Positions 1-13,062 of a DNA stretch of 64,000 bases are shown here, piece by piece (within the stretch, counting starts at the first letter, position 1; every line of letters begins with the position of its first letter). The notes below the pieces were generated by a model. It was not told where the DNA came from and did no database searches. It was given only the letters and a program-made list of their open reading frames with translations. The position numbers and the translations under genes were made by a program. Where the stretch lies: assembly GCF_035594765.1 (NCBI RefSeq), contig NC_085841.1:179537574-179601573 (forward strand), written 5' to 3'. This stretch comes from Anolis carolinensis. Taxonomy: Eukaryota.

Positions 1-712
1 GATTGTGATAGTATGTATTCAGGGGAAAACCTATGTTGTTGGAGTATGAGGATGCTGTTATTTCCTCTATATATATATATATATATATATGTATATTCAG
101 TGTAATACAATTAATAACTTCCCTAAAAGCAGAATATAAATCAAATAGATATGTAAAATCCTTTTACAGAGCTCAAAAGGAGGATCAAGTGACATCTACT
201 GTGAACTTCAACATATTTCCTCCCTTAAGGCTTGGCTGACTTCCACAAGGTGTCATCCTAAATCAAAGATGTAATGATGCTAGTTGATTGGAAGAACCCT
301 TTTCTACCAATGGATCTCCGTGATATGCTGATAGAGCAGTCTGCCACTGGAACTGTGTTAATACTTTACGGTGTCCTTGAAGAGTTTGAAAGGAGATAGA
401 AAAATAAGATTGTGTGTATGAGAGAGCGAGAGTTACACCAAATCCAATCCTCCTCTAGTCCAGGATCACAACCACATTACTAGCACAAAAATATCAGGGC
501 AATTTTAGTCCTAAGTAATTTCTGCCTTCTGTAACTTTGGGAACTCCTTAGATTTAGCAGTTTCAGCAGATCTAGGGACATCATCATATTGGTGCCTCCC
601 CCCATTTTATTCCATTTCACCGGTAATTGCTGGTGAAATGGAAGGCGTGTGTGGTGCCTCGTGACAACCCACACACCCTCCCTTCTTCCTTCATCACATA
701 TGGGCATTGGGG

Positions 713-1261
713 CAACCCCATCAGACAGGGGAAACTGTGGCAACATGTGTAGCCGCGTTGCCTTTTTCTCCATCAGACAAGGGAAAAGGCCCAAAACCAC
801 AGGTAGTTCCATTGAAGTTACCCAAAACACAATTTACCTACCGGGGTTGGAGAGGAAGCATCTTGCCCATCACTTCACCCATCAATGGGGTGGGGCCAAG
901 ACTTGTACCATGTGATGGCATTCGGCAGGCTCCATGGCCAACAAGGACTAAGGGGCCAAAAAACCCTGTTTGATGGGGTGATAGGACTTCATCAGATGGT
1001 CTTCAGACTCTGTTTCCATGAGCTTTGGAAACGGAGTCTACGGGAGTCCCACAAAGTCCATCAGACAATGTAAGGCTACTTCCAGTGAGACTCTGTGGTG
1101 CTCCATTTCCCAAGCACATGGAAACGGAGCCCAAAAATCTCAGGTGTAAATTGACTCCTGATAGAGAATGAGAGAATAAAGTGGAGGGAAGACGAGCAGG
1201 AACAGGATAAGACATTTCCTTCTGCTTTCCCTCACATTTACCTGACCGTCTGATTAAGTCC
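713..1261. mobile_element. Two adjacent PIF/Harbinger-type MITEs (~715-979 and 984-1261)
   Basis: TIR pairs ACCCCATCAGACAGGG / CCCTGTTTGATGGGGT and GGACTTCATCAGATGG / CCGTCTGATTAAGTCC, followed by TTA. Confidence 0.7.
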
Positions 1262-2531
1262 TTAGTATCAGTTGGCCACACTGACACTTAGTGTCATTTA
1301 GCCATACAATCCAAACTCACTTACAGTGCTGAGTATCAGCTGAACTGACATAAAGTCAATTGGAATGGTGTTGAATCCAAGCCATTCCCAAACTTTCAGG
1401 TGTCCAAAATTATTTAGGACTATCCCAGTTCTGGCTTAACCCTGTGCTTGGTCCATGGGAAGGTTGTTTTTTTAATTATGTGATTTTAATGTTTAAATTA
1501 ATAATTTTTAACTCCATGTTTTAATGTCAATATTATTGCATTTTTATTATTCAATTTATAGTTGTATTTTAATATTGTTGTGTAGGCATTGAATTTTGCC
1601 ATAATATGTTTGGAAACCGCTTTGTGTCCCCCATCCGGGGTGAGAAAAGCAGTATACAAGTGAATTAAATAAATAAATAAGGTTGGCTCCAGTATAATTT
1701 GGATCCTAGGGTGGGGGGTGGGGCCTTATCTGCTAACTGCTCTTAGTCTTGTGAGATCAGCCAGTAGAAGTGAATTATGCTGGCAGACAGCAAGCATAAG
1801 TCTTGAGCTCCTATTCTTGAGTTCCTAAACCTAGCACATCTCTGAACAAGGTTTGAACTGTTTACCAATTGAGATTGCATTTGTAGTTGACTGGACTAGT
1901 CACAGTGTCATTAAAAAGCTAGACAGAGGAAAAAGATAATATCCCAATTTTCTTGAAGGATTACTGAACAGGGTGTGATAGGGTCCAAATGTGCTTTTCC
2001 TCTCTTTGGTAGAGGCAAAATAATAAAAGCCCATTAAAATATTGACAGAGATATCATGATTTCATCATATTATTCCAAACCAAGCATATTAGTGTTGGCA
2101 AGAACAATAGCTCTTGTACTGCTGCTTTTCCTAATTTATTATTGTCATTTTGATTTGGTTTTACTACACAGTTTTTTAAGACTGCTTTGTGTCACTTTTA
2201 AATCATAAATCAGCCTTCACTGTCCATTCAAAATGGGGTTGTAGTTGTTTTTATCACTAGGATTGGAGAAAAAGGCAAAGTATACATTTGGATCTCCCAT
2301 TGCCGTTCCAAATTGTAACTTTGAGTCGTTTTCCCTGATCTTGTTGGTCAGAAATTCTGAAAAGTCGTTAAAAAATAAAGAAAACAAAAAAGTTTTAAAT
2401 CACAGTGCTTTCCGATCTGAAGAAGTAATATTTCATTTGTGCTTATAATGCTTTGATATGTATAGGGTTTTCTCTCTGAGTTGCACACAATGGAAAATAA
2501 TTGTTTTCTTTTCCTGGTTCCTTTTTCAAAG

Positions 2532-2728
2532 GACTTTGAAGGAAACTGGATTATACAGCCATCGTCACAAACTGGCTGGCTCCTTATCAGGAGGGATGAA
2601 ACGAAAGCTATCAATATCTATCGCTCTTCTTGGAGGTTCAAAGGTTGTGATTTTAGATGAACCAACCACTGGGGTTGATCCTTGTTCAAGGAGAGGCATT
2701 TGGGAGATTATATCAAAGAATAGAAAAG
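2532..2728 (+). CDS. ABCA12: ABCA12 exon (NBD1 signature and Walker B)
   Basis: ttcaaag|G..AAAG|gtaata; [65 protein letters not shown]; 197 nt. Confidence 0.95.
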
Positions 2729-3241
2729 GTAATACGAGTGGGAAAATTGACATCCTGGGTTTCTGGAGCAATGGTGTGAAAAATTGTATTTTAATACCGT
2801 GACACTGGTGATAAAAGTCATTTTGGGATCAAGGTGAGCTTTGAACCAGAATTGAAGCTCATAAATAGGGTTGTAAGTAGCCTTATGAAAAAACTAATGC
2901 TAGAGTTCTCGAACTGGGTTTTCTGATAGCCATGCTATAAGTACTTCATTTTCTATATTATCAAGGAACCTAAGGCATTGCCCCAGGAAATGTGAGCTGT
3001 ACTGTGCTGCCCTCTAGATAGTGTTACAAACCCAACCAACTGATTCAGTGCCTAAGTAAACCAGGGAGCTGACCAGCCTCTGGTTGACTGGATTTTAAAG
3101 CTTTAGTCCTAATGGGCTTGCTCTTCTGTCTCAGTAACTCAACTCTTATGAGAAATATACTGTTATTGTGACTGAGAGTTTCTGTCTGCCCCCTCCCCTG
3201 AGGTCCAGAGTCAGACATGTGGCTTTTTTTGTTATTTTCAG

Positions 3242-3402
3242 GCAGAACAATTATTCTCTCTACCCATCATTTGGATGAAGCTGAGGTCTTGAGTGACCGG
3301 ATTGCATTCTTGGAACATGGGGGGCTCAAGTGCTGTGGGTCCCCATTCTACCTCAAAGAAACATTTGGCAATGGATACCACCTGATCCTTACTAAGAAAA
3401 AG
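3242..3402 (+). CDS. ABCA12: ABCA12 exon (NBD1 H-loop)
   Basis: ttttcag|GC..AAG|gtacgc; [53 protein letters not shown]; 161 nt. Confidence 0.95.
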
Positions 3403-3793
3403 GTACGCAAACAATTGTATGTTCTGTATAGGTTTTCAGGCATGAAGGAATACCTGGTTAAGAAGAAAGGTGAATACGTGGTAGGTACTGAATTATATCT
3501 GAGAAGATGCAATACATACGTGATAGAAAGCTGAAAATCTAAAGTGTATGGGTTGAACCTGAAAAGGAATTCAATGCATACGTGCCACTTGGTCAAAATT
3601 TAACTAGCTAAACATAAATAGGACTTTTATTTCAACACACACACATCTCCTCCCCCGCCAAACAGCTCTTGCTTGAGGTTGTTAGATACTCACTTTAAGA
3701 CCAATTAGTTCCTTCTTTGGCTTAACTGAAATGATATATTATAAAATGGAATACTCGTGCTGCATTGGATTATGTGTGTTCCTACTTCCCTAG

Positions 3794-4030
3794 GGCCCAA
3801 CTCTAAATGTTGCAGAAGAATGTGATACCTCTGCAGTGACAGCCATGATCCAGTCTCATCTCCCAGAAGCTTATCTCAAGGAAGACATTGGGGGCGAGCT
3901 TGTCTATGTGCTTCCAAAGTTTAACAGTAAAGTCTCTTCAGCATACCAGTCCCTCCTGAGAGGCCTGGACAATGGCTTGAGTGATCTCCATATTGGCTGC
4001 TATGGAATTTCAGACAGCACGGTGGAAGAG
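3794..4030 (+). CDS. ABCA12: ABCA12 exon (regulatory domain 1)
   Basis: ccctag|GGC..GAG|gttggt; GPTLNVAEECDTSAVTAMIQSHLPEAYLKEDIGGELVYVLP..GISDSTVEE; 237 nt. Confidence 0.95.
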
Positions 4031-4391
4031 GTTGGTGCCTACCTGCTTTTTAAACATTTTTGAGCTTTTAATATTTCCCTATTTTATTGCTGCAGTTTTT
4101 CTTCTGCTGATGTACTGAATGTTGTTTCATTCTGTTGTTGGTCTTTTGTATTGTTACTTGTAAACAGCCAGATCATAATTTTAGGAAGGGCTGTATAGAC
4201 ATTTATTGAAGAAATAACAATTGAAATCTACACATGTATTAAATAAATACATCTTAAAGTATGTAGAAAGTTTGTCACTGATTGAGCAGTACCATAAAAA
4301 CATGTACACACACTGGATGCATTTATCTGTATTTATTTCTACAACAATAGAATTATAGCAGGAATTTATATTACATGTAGCCTTCTGTGGT

Positions 4392-4525
4392 CCTTACTTA
4401 CTTAGGCGATCCCTCGTAGTTAAAGGACGATTGTCTTCCATCTTGGGGGGGTGTCCGTAGATGGCTGAAGAGACCTATTCTTGATCTGCATGTTCTCCCG
4501 CAGTGAGGACATCAGTTTCCAGGTG
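4392..4525 (-). mobile_element. RTE LINE extreme 3' end
   Basis: (CTTA)n tail plus GATTGTCTTCCA..GATCTGCATG shared with 33615-33740. Confidence 0.65.
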
Positions 4526-5000
4526 GTCCATGTCAGCAATGACAGTTAAGGCCCAAGGATCTACAAATGAACTTAGTGGGTCCATTATGACAAAGATGAC
4601 AGTCCATACAGTAGAAGTAATTTCACTTTTGAGCAGCAGTGTTCTGTCCTGAGAAGGTGGTAATCCAGTCATGTTCAAAGATCTTTCCAACCAGAAGGAG
4701 GAGAGACAAAGAGTTACGAATGGAATATGGGATTGGCTCATAGGAAGGATACCTGACATCAAAAACCACCCTACAGTTGATCTCTAGATTTTTACTGTTG
4801 ATCTAGTTTTAGTGGTGATTTGGACATAGAGTTTTCCTTGAAACTTCTCATGCCTTTCTGTATAGACTGAGTTTATAATTGTCCATGGCAGGAAGATACT
4901 GAACTGATTATATTCTTGCAACAGAGCAACTCAAAACTCTTCTTCCATTCTCTTTCTTCTCTGCATCTTTGATCATGCTTATTACACACAGTGGCTAGGC

Positions 5001-5135
5001 GAGAGTTTCTTAACCTGTGCTCCTCCAGATGTGTTGGACTTCAGCTCCCACAATTCCTAACAACTGGTAAGCTGGCTGGGATTTCTGGGAGCTGAAGGCC
5101 CAAACACCTGGAGGAGCACAGTTTGAGAAACACTG
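5001..5135. mobile_element. ~135-bp hAT MITE
   Basis: 8-bp TSD GGCTAGGC; TIR ..GAGAAACACTG. Confidence 0.82.
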
Positions 5136-5173
5136 GGCTAGGCCATGGCTTCTGGTTAGGCTGGCCAGTTGTA

Positions 5174-5495
5174 CAGGTTGAGCATCCCATATTGGGGATT
5201 CCAGTATCTGCAGTACTTCCAATTACAAAAATATTCACATGGGTGACTGTGATAGTGACACTTTTGCTTTCTGATGGTTTAGTGTACACAAACTTTATTT
5301 CATGCAAAACATTACTAATAATATTGTGTTTGCAATTACCTTCAGGCTATGTGTATAAGGTATATATGAAACCTACTTTAATTTTGTGTTTAGACTCCAT
5401 CTCCAAGATATCTCATTTTATGCACATATAAAGATATTTCAAAATCCAAAAAAAATATGACATTTAAATCTTTTGGATGAGAGGCACTCAACTTG
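5174..5495. mobile_element. Tc1/mariner (Tigger-like) MITE
   Basis: TA|CAGGTTGAGCATCC..GGCACTCAACTTG|TA. Confidence 0.7.
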
Positions 5496-5842
5496 TATCA
5501 CCCTCCCAGTATATGATTTCGATACATTTAACATTAATAAACATTTATACATCTAGAAATCATAACTATAACTTAAATAAAAATAAATGCAGCTATCATA
5601 ATTTGCTGAGGATGGCTAAACACTGTGATTTCTTACAGAAGATAAATATTGGTGCATTTCAGCCCCCCTCCCCCTGCATGCCACACTTTCTTCTTAGAAA
5701 TCTTTATCTTTAAACCACTGTTTGACACCACTGTTCTAAAGGATAGTAGAGAAAAACTGCCCCAAAAGTGAACAGGGTTTGTCCAAAGAAAGCAAAACTC
5801 AACTGGATTAAAAAATAGCATTTTTATCTTTTTGTTATGTAG

Positions 5843-5975
5843 GTATTTCTCAATTTGACCAAAGATATGGCTAAAGATGAACCGGTCGATGATGGCTCAT
5901 CTAAAGATGCCTCCAGTTATACTCCAGAGAATGAAGTCTTCTCCATAAGCTCTGATAGCTTCACCGAAAGAGATG
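5843..5975 (+). CDS. ABCA12: ABCA12 exon (linker)
   Basis: atgtag|GTA..GATG|gtatga; VFLNLTKDMAKDEPVDDGSSKDASSYTPENEVFSISSDSFTERD; 133 nt; missed by the ORF track. Confidence 0.92.
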
Positions 5976-6289
5976 GTATGAATTTATACATGAGTTGGAT
6001 CTCTGGCAGCTAAATAGATACATCGTCATCTTTCATTGAGTGTGATTGTCAAATAAGGAGGTGACTACTATCTATAGAAATACACTACATTGCAGTCATC
6101 TCCACAAGAAGGTTATGCAGATCTGTAGTCAATCTTCACCGTATCCTATTTTATTGTCCTAGGACTGAAGGGGAATTGTGCATGCTGATTGTGGGATTCT
6201 GAGAGTATTTTTTTCCAAGATGTTCATTGAATAGAACTTTGAAGGAATTCAGTACTTAATGTGTCATCATATCACTTCTTCCTGAATAG

Positions 6290-6542
6290 ACCAAGCACTC
6301 GTTCAGCTCAAGAAGTCAAGCAACTTTTCTGTATTGATGAGAAGGTCCACCGCCTTGTTCATTAAGAGGTTCCATCACACTCGGCGCAATGTGAAAGGTT
6401 TCATTGCTCAGGTCATTCTTCCATTGCTCTTTGTGACGGCAGCCATGGGTCTACGCACCTTGGGACCTAAGGTGGCAGAATACCCAGCACTCCTCCTCTC
6501 GCCATCTATGTATGGCTCCTCCAACCAGGCAGACTTTTTTGG
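6290..6542 (+). CDS. ABCA12: ABCA12 exon (first TM helix of TMD2)
   Basis: gaatag|AC..TTGG|gtaaat; ..FIKRFHHTRRNVKGFIAQVILPLLFVTAAMGL..SPSMYGSSNQADFF; 253 nt. Confidence 0.94.
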
Positions 6543-6595
6543 GTAAATATTTAATTCACATTGTTGGTTGTGTGAGCAAGCATTCATTTGGCTTA

Positions 6596-6928
6596 GGACC
6601 TCATCACATTGATGCTGATTTACCAGCCTCTGAGGCAAATTGGTGGGGCAGTGGGGAAATCCCAGTGCCCAGCACCCCGTGTCCCACCCACCCAGCAGTA
6701 ACGCTTGTTCTTGTAGTAGCCCTGTTGTCCCAAAAGTTCCATGTTGGTGGTGTAGCATTCTACCATGCTACCAGCTCAGGTGAGCAATTGAGTCTTGCTG
6801 GAAGTGAGGGCAGCGTGGTGCTCTGTTGCTCAAGGTGATGGGCAGCATGATAGGCAGTGTGGTGCTCTGTTGCTCAAATGGGGCGGCAGCATCTTAGGAC
6901 CCTAAACATTTGTTGTGTGATGTGGTTG
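6596..6928. mobile_element. PIF/Harbinger-type MITE
   Basis: TTA|GGACCTCATCACA ... TGTGATGTGGTTG|TAA. Confidence 0.68.
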
Positions 6929-6975
6929 TAATAGATTTACAACCACATCACACAACAAATTTTTAGTGTCCTAAG
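6893..6975. repeat. Near-perfect inverted repeat, 39-bp arms, 5-nt loop
   Basis: CTTAGGACCCTAAACATTTGTTGTGTGATGTGGTTGTAA-tagat-TTACAACCACATCACACAACAAATTTTTAGTGTCCTAAG (2 mismatches). Confidence 0.92.
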
Positions 6976-8431
6976 GATAAATAAAACCCTTTGCTTATAG
7001 TTTCATAATGGAATATGCTAGAAATGTGATAAGGATAGAGGACAAGTAGAAAGACAAGAAGAGAAGCTTGTTAAATACAGTGTTCAATGCTTTGAAGAAT
7101 TGGGAGGATCACTCCGTACCTCTTGTGGGACAAATGACAGAGCTGTCATGAGGTGGTTTCAGTAATAGAGAAACCCTTTTCAGTAATGCTGTACTGCAAA
7201 GATTCTGACTTGTCAGTAGTGTCATATGTTTGTTAGTAATACACTGCAATCATACAAGTGAGCCAATCAGCAGGGATAAAGGTATGTTTATGACTTTCCC
7301 TTTACCTTATTGTGGTTTGTTGTACCTCCTATTATACAAGTTAACTAGCCAGCAAGCCATAGTCATGGAACTGCTCTGACCCTATTTCTTTCAATGGCTG
7401 GCATAGTCCCAAATCTCCCCTTGGTCATCTGCAGGCAGGTACTGCAAACGTTCAGGATTGTAATTTCTTAATGTAATCTCATAATGTGTGTGCATGTGTG
7501 TGTATATGTTGGAAAGTCCACTTCAACAATTCAATGAGGAATGCTGAAAACAGCCATGTCTATCTTTCAATTCATTGCAGTCAGACTCTCATTGATCCTA
7601 TGAATTAGAGTCAAAGGTATTGGGATAAGTATTGACTCACTATTTCAAAAGTCTAGCCTGGTTCTGAGGACCAATAAAAAATAGGTCTAAGTTCACTAAT
7701 TTGAAGTCCAAGTTCATGAAAGACTGTATGCAACCATGAAAAAATACATAGAAGTTTTTCATTTGTTACTTTATGTCCTTTTGTATGGTTTGGAAAACAG
7801 TTTAGTGATTTGGTGCAAACCCTGCTGATGAGAAACTGCTTCCATGATAACAGGACTTCCACCATAAATTTCTCTATTACCAAATCCCTTGTCCTGAATC
7901 CCCAAACTGATTTTCCAATACAAGTTGAATTGCAAACAGCAGTTTGGGCATTAAACTCTGAGAATTGTTTGCTGAGGATTCACTTCAGAATGACCAATGG
8001 TGACTGTGTATCCATTTTCTGGAGTGTGCCAAAAGATGGGACTATTTCCTGCTGAAGAAGACACAGGAGAATTTGAAATAGGCTCTTGAAATGAAATCTA
8101 ATAATTTTCATTTGAATGTGGATGTCTAGGAAATTCTGTTGACTTCACTAAAATTTCATCAGGATTACTAGTCCATGCCTACTTTTAAGTGGGTATGGAC
8201 TAGTTACCCAGTGTTTGCATCTAGCAAATGCAAACACTGAGCAACTTCAGGAACCAAACACCTTTCATTTGTGTGAAGCCTTCATATTTGTTTTCTGTTT
8301 TACTGCATTAAGATATAAAACAATATCTGACTCTCACCTTGCTTTAGTTTAGCTAAAATGATACTTATTGCCTGTCCTGCATCTTATAATATTACAGATA
8401 ACCATTTCTAATATTATTTTTTAAATCCTAG

Positions 8432-8518
8432 AAATCACAATGAAACTACCAACGTGTTGGTGGAATCATTGCTTTCTTTCCCTGGAGCAGATAACACATG
8501 CCTGAACAATAGTAATTT
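8432..8518 (+). CDS. ABCA12: ABCA12 exon (ECD2)
   Basis: tcctag|A..AATTT|gtaagt; NHNETTNVLVESLLSFPGADNTCLNNSN; 87 nt. Confidence 0.92.
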
Positions 8519-9781
8519 GTAAGTATCTTTTCCCCCTCTCTTTTTATAAATTTGTGGAATAGGAAAGGACACACACACACACACACACAAAGTAAGTGTC
8601 ATCAAGGATTAAGAACGCCCTTTTATCATCTGCAAAGCTGTGAGACCCAAATGTCACATCAAAACAAGTCAAAAACAATCAGATTGAAGCAATCTACCTA
8701 TAAAAATGTCTTAAGGTTACTAGAACTGCTCTCTAAACATACTTTGAAAATTCTGTACAAAGAAGTTCAAAGTAAGTATGAACAACATATTTCCATAAAT
8801 AATTTCCATAAAAATATAGACTTGCAACATAAACCTAACATACCTGATCTAAGGTAAACCACTGAATCCAGTACTTTCCTCTCTCTATGGAATGGCCCTT
8901 GACTTATCAACAAGTCATATCAAAATCCATGATTTTGGCTCCAAACCTGCCTCGACTTCTGCATTAAGTTGGCCTATACATGAGTATGTATGATAAGTGT
9001 GAATTTCAGCCATGAAGCTGAATTTTGTGCATGTTAACTTGAAAACAAGTCTACTTATTTTGACATTAGTACCCTTAGATTTTAGCTTTATAAACACAAT
9101 ACTAGACTTGTCTACTGAGAAGTTCCCTTGAATTTAGTAAGAATGTGAGTGGGAGTGCAGATTTAGTTTGCCCAGCAATCATCATACTCATTGGGAATAA
9201 GAGATGAAATGGATAGGTGATTGATACCAATTGACCATCCACAGGTTTTGCCTAAATTGGCTGAAAGATGTGTGGAAAATATGATGGATTTTCATCTCAA
9301 AAATTTTAAAGGTTGTTGATGATGGACTGTGCTCATTTCTGACAAATACCTGGGGAATTATTTGTGCAAACTGTGAATGATTAATCAAGTATTTGAGGAA
9401 TGTCTGACCTTGCAGTACTTTAGAGTATGGGGTTCCCTTCTGATTTCAAGATAATAGTTATTTTTATGTTAATTTCCTGAGTTTCTTGCTAAGGAATTTG
9501 GAGCAGGTCTCATTAGACCTTTCCAATCAATATCACAATTGAACAACTAAAAAGAGATTGACAGAGCAATAGGCAGAATCATTTAAGAAACAAGCTGGGC
9601 AGAGCAAATTTGGCTTGTCTTGAAGCCAGTGGGATTTGTTGGGCGCTCTTGGGAGAATCAATAAACAAAGGTGATCGCCTGCCAAGGGCCTTGTATTAAT
9701 TGGAACCTGGCACCATATTACTACATGTCATCTGTATATCAGCCTACAGGAAATGTCAGTGTTAAATCTGCTTACTTTCAG

Positions 9782-9875
9782 AGCATGTTTTAAGGAAGAT
9801 GTGCCCAGCAAGTGGGTGTTCAGTGGGAACCAGAGTGCTCAGTATTCTGTCTGCAACTGCACAGACGACAGACAG
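9782..9875 (+). CDS. ABCA12: ABCA12 exon (ECD2)
   Basis: ctttcag|A..CAG|gtaacg; ACFKEDVPSKWVFSGNQSAQYSVCNCTDDRQ; 94 nt. Confidence 0.9.
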
Positions 9876-11639
9876 GTAACGTAAAGTTGGACTCCATGAG
9901 AAGAGATGTACGTGAAATAAACAGCAGGGACTGAACTGTTGTTCAGAACTTGTTCCACAAGGGAACATATGGCTCTAAGGGCTGCAGATTTGAACACGGA
10001 CTGCATACTGCTAAACTGTATGTTTGAATCCACTTTAAATAGATGGATGACAGGAGTCCCTGTCTGTCCCTGACTGTGTAATTGAAAAAAGTTCTATGCT
10101 TTCCATCTTCCTTAGCTAGCAAAATGAACAGATGTATTTCTTTTTATCACATTAGCTACCCAGCATTCTGAAAGCCATATACATGCAGGGCTGCTTCACT
10201 CACAAACCAGCTGTCAGAGTTCATGGATTTAAATTGCTTTGCAGTACACTCTGAAGCAAATTCAATAAAGTTCCATGGGATGTATCTGAAAGTAACTGTG
10301 CAGGGTCAGTTAGGCAGCTTACATCCCATTAAAGTCAAGAATTGCAACCTTCAGCCTGATCTTTCAATATTTACTGTTTTCATGTGCGTATGATTGAAAA
10401 AAAATTAATTTGTAACTAAATATGCAAAAAATAGGAAACATCACTGGAAATATTGTACTCTTTGAATGAGGCAGATATGTCCCACATAGGAAGTATACTA
10501 TTAGATATACACAATATACAGGTTGAGTATACTTTATTTGGAGTGTTTTGACCAGACGTCTTCCATTTTGAAAGATCGCTGAAAGTAAAGGTACTTGAAG
10601 TTAGCTTCTCAGATATCTAAGGTATTGGTTTATGCAGAATGGCAGCCTTAGGACTGAGCTAGACATGAAGTTAGTCCACATTATTCAGTATGTACATAGC
10701 CGCATTATGAGCTAATAAAAGGGATGAAGAAAAGTATCCATTCTTTTTGTTCTTACTGCGATCCAGTCCCCCTGTTAAAGTGAATCAGGACCTTATTGAG
10801 CATGAGTGCCTCATTAAGCATATAAATTATGTATTGCAAGGTTTCTGTTCTTAGGAAGGAAACAAATATATAAAGAATGCTTATTCCATTTCACTGAAGC
10901 CCAAATTGGCTGAACTGGGGTGGTAGAATTCCATAATCTAGGTGCCTTTGTGATGTAAACAATGCAGTCTGGACCACATTTGTGGTTTTGACTTTTGATT
11001 ATTCATGGATTTGATTATTTATGGATTTGTTTAAGAATGATCTCTTGCCTTACCATGTTACACGGCCACCAGAATCACCTCGCATTGTTGTGGGGCGGGG
11101 GGAACCTGGTAGCCCATGCCCCGCATCACCCAGCTCCAGATTTGGTTGATCCCATGGGGGGAAGTGTTAACTGTGCTACTTTCCTCCAATGCTTCTTATG
11201 GCAACATGGGAAGCCTCCTGTGTTGCTGCGGCAGTAGCATGCTCTGGCTCTGCCTTATATCACCCATGGAGCCACACCAGTGTCATTTGATGGGAGCCAG
11301 TGGGCTCTGTGGGTGATGTAGGGTTGAGCTGGCACATGCTGCTGAAAATTGCCCTATGTGGTGAGGTCGATAGAATGCTTAGATCCTCCTGCATGGCTCT
11401 ATAGTCATGCTAGAAGACCTAGTGATACTGGAGAGAACATTTCTCTAGAAATCACTGGAGCTACAAACATGTGCATTTTTTCCAACAAATAAAAATAAAT
11501 GAATTAATAAATACATATATTCATTTTTATCAATTTAATAGTCTCTAAATCTACTTCATTATTTGTCTGCTAAATATTGTGTAATTTTTAAGCATGTCAA
11601 GTTTGGATTTTTAAATATATATTTATATATTGTTTCTAG

Positions 11640-11767
11640 ACTTGTCCAAAGATCAATTTTCCCCCACCTCACAAAAGAAGTTTCTTCTTCCGGACAATTT
11701 ATAATCTTACTGGGCATGATGTAGAGACCTACCTTCTTGCTACTACTAAAGACTTTATGCAAAAAAG
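11640..11767 (+). CDS. ABCA12: ABCA12 exon (ECD2)
   Basis: ttctag|ACT..AAAG|gtatta; TCPKINFPPPHKRSFFFRTIYNLTGHDVETYLLATTKDFMQK; 128 nt. Confidence 0.92.
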
Positions 11768-12974
11768 GTATTACTTCTATTTTATTGCTCTCTATTTATA
11801 AGCATTTTCAGAGATTCCTTCCTTCCATTTGCCTCCAGTTTGATGTAACCGAGGGAAAGAGGAGAAGTCTGATTGGTGGCCTCAACCCCTTCTGCTTTGT
11901 CCTCATCCCTTGGGCATGTTATTTTCTTCATGCTGGAGGGTTTGATTTTGCAGAAGGGAAACTCCTCTACTTTTGAATGCACCCTGTGCAATTCAGATAC
12001 CTGTTCATAGAGAGATCTCAATTGCATGCATGAAATACATGAATAGAGCAAGCTCTATGCTGCAGACATTTCCCCAATAAATAGATGGCTGTTGAGCCTA
12101 GAAATGCAGCAGACAGATTACAGTTTTCCCCCTATGCAGTTCTTTTCTAGTAGATGCCTGAAGAAAATTTATTCATCAATCACTTCTTTAGCTATGTTTC
12201 TTTAGCATTTGATTCTCTTCTGGTAAAACATACAATATTTACACCTATCCACAGCTCTCTGCAGTTGTTATAACCCTGAATTTTGCTTAAACGTGCTCTG
12301 TTCTGAAGATTTTTTTGTTACATTGTGTTGGCCTACTTGCATAGTCAGCAGTTAAACATGTAGGAAAAAATTAGATATATTTGAATGTACCTATGGAACT
12401 CATCTGGAATGTGATGTCCAATAATTTTTTTTAAATCCACAGAAAACCAAGAAATCAATTCTCTCATTTTAAAAGATGTTTCTAACCCACAGGTTTATTT
12501 TCGAAATCCAGATTCTGGATATCCAACATCATTCTGTCAAAAATTTCAGCTCAGATACAGAAAAAAAAAGAAGTTATATGTATCATATGCAAGGCATATG
12601 TGACACACATGCTTTCTGTGATTATGGTAGAATTTCTGTTTTTGGAGATTTCCAGGAATGGAACTAAAAATTTTGATAATAAATTTTGATGGGGGGGAGA
12701 CACAGAAGATTTTTGAGAAAGGCCGCAAGACCGCCAGATAAGCCCTTCATCTACAGAGAATTTTTTTACAGTGTGATAGTAAATACTTGTCATTTTTGTT
12801 CTTTGTCAAGCTTTGTGATGTTGTGCTGATTTAGCAGTGAGAACACCCTGCCACCCCGCCCAGTAGAGATATGTAGGGCTGATCTGGTTAGTTCATGGAA
12901 TAAATAAATAAATCCAGGTCTGGAGTGTGTAATTTATGAATGGATTCATAAAGTGTTTTATTTTTCCTATTTAG

Positions 12975-13062
12975 ATATGGTGGTTGGAGTTTTGGGCTGC
13001 CTTTGACAAGTGACCTTCAGTTTGATATAAGACCAGTGCCTACTAATAGAACAATTACTAAG
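12975..13062 (+). CDS. ABCA12: ABCA12 exon (ECD2)
   Basis: atttag|A..AAG|gtaaac; YGGWSFGLPLTSDLQFDIRPVPTNRTITK; 88 nt. Confidence 0.94.

Noticed and set aside
480-1287. Cluster of overlapping ORFs suggesting a retroviral or other gene
   Set aside because: No recognisable motifs; explained by adjacent GC-richer MITEs.
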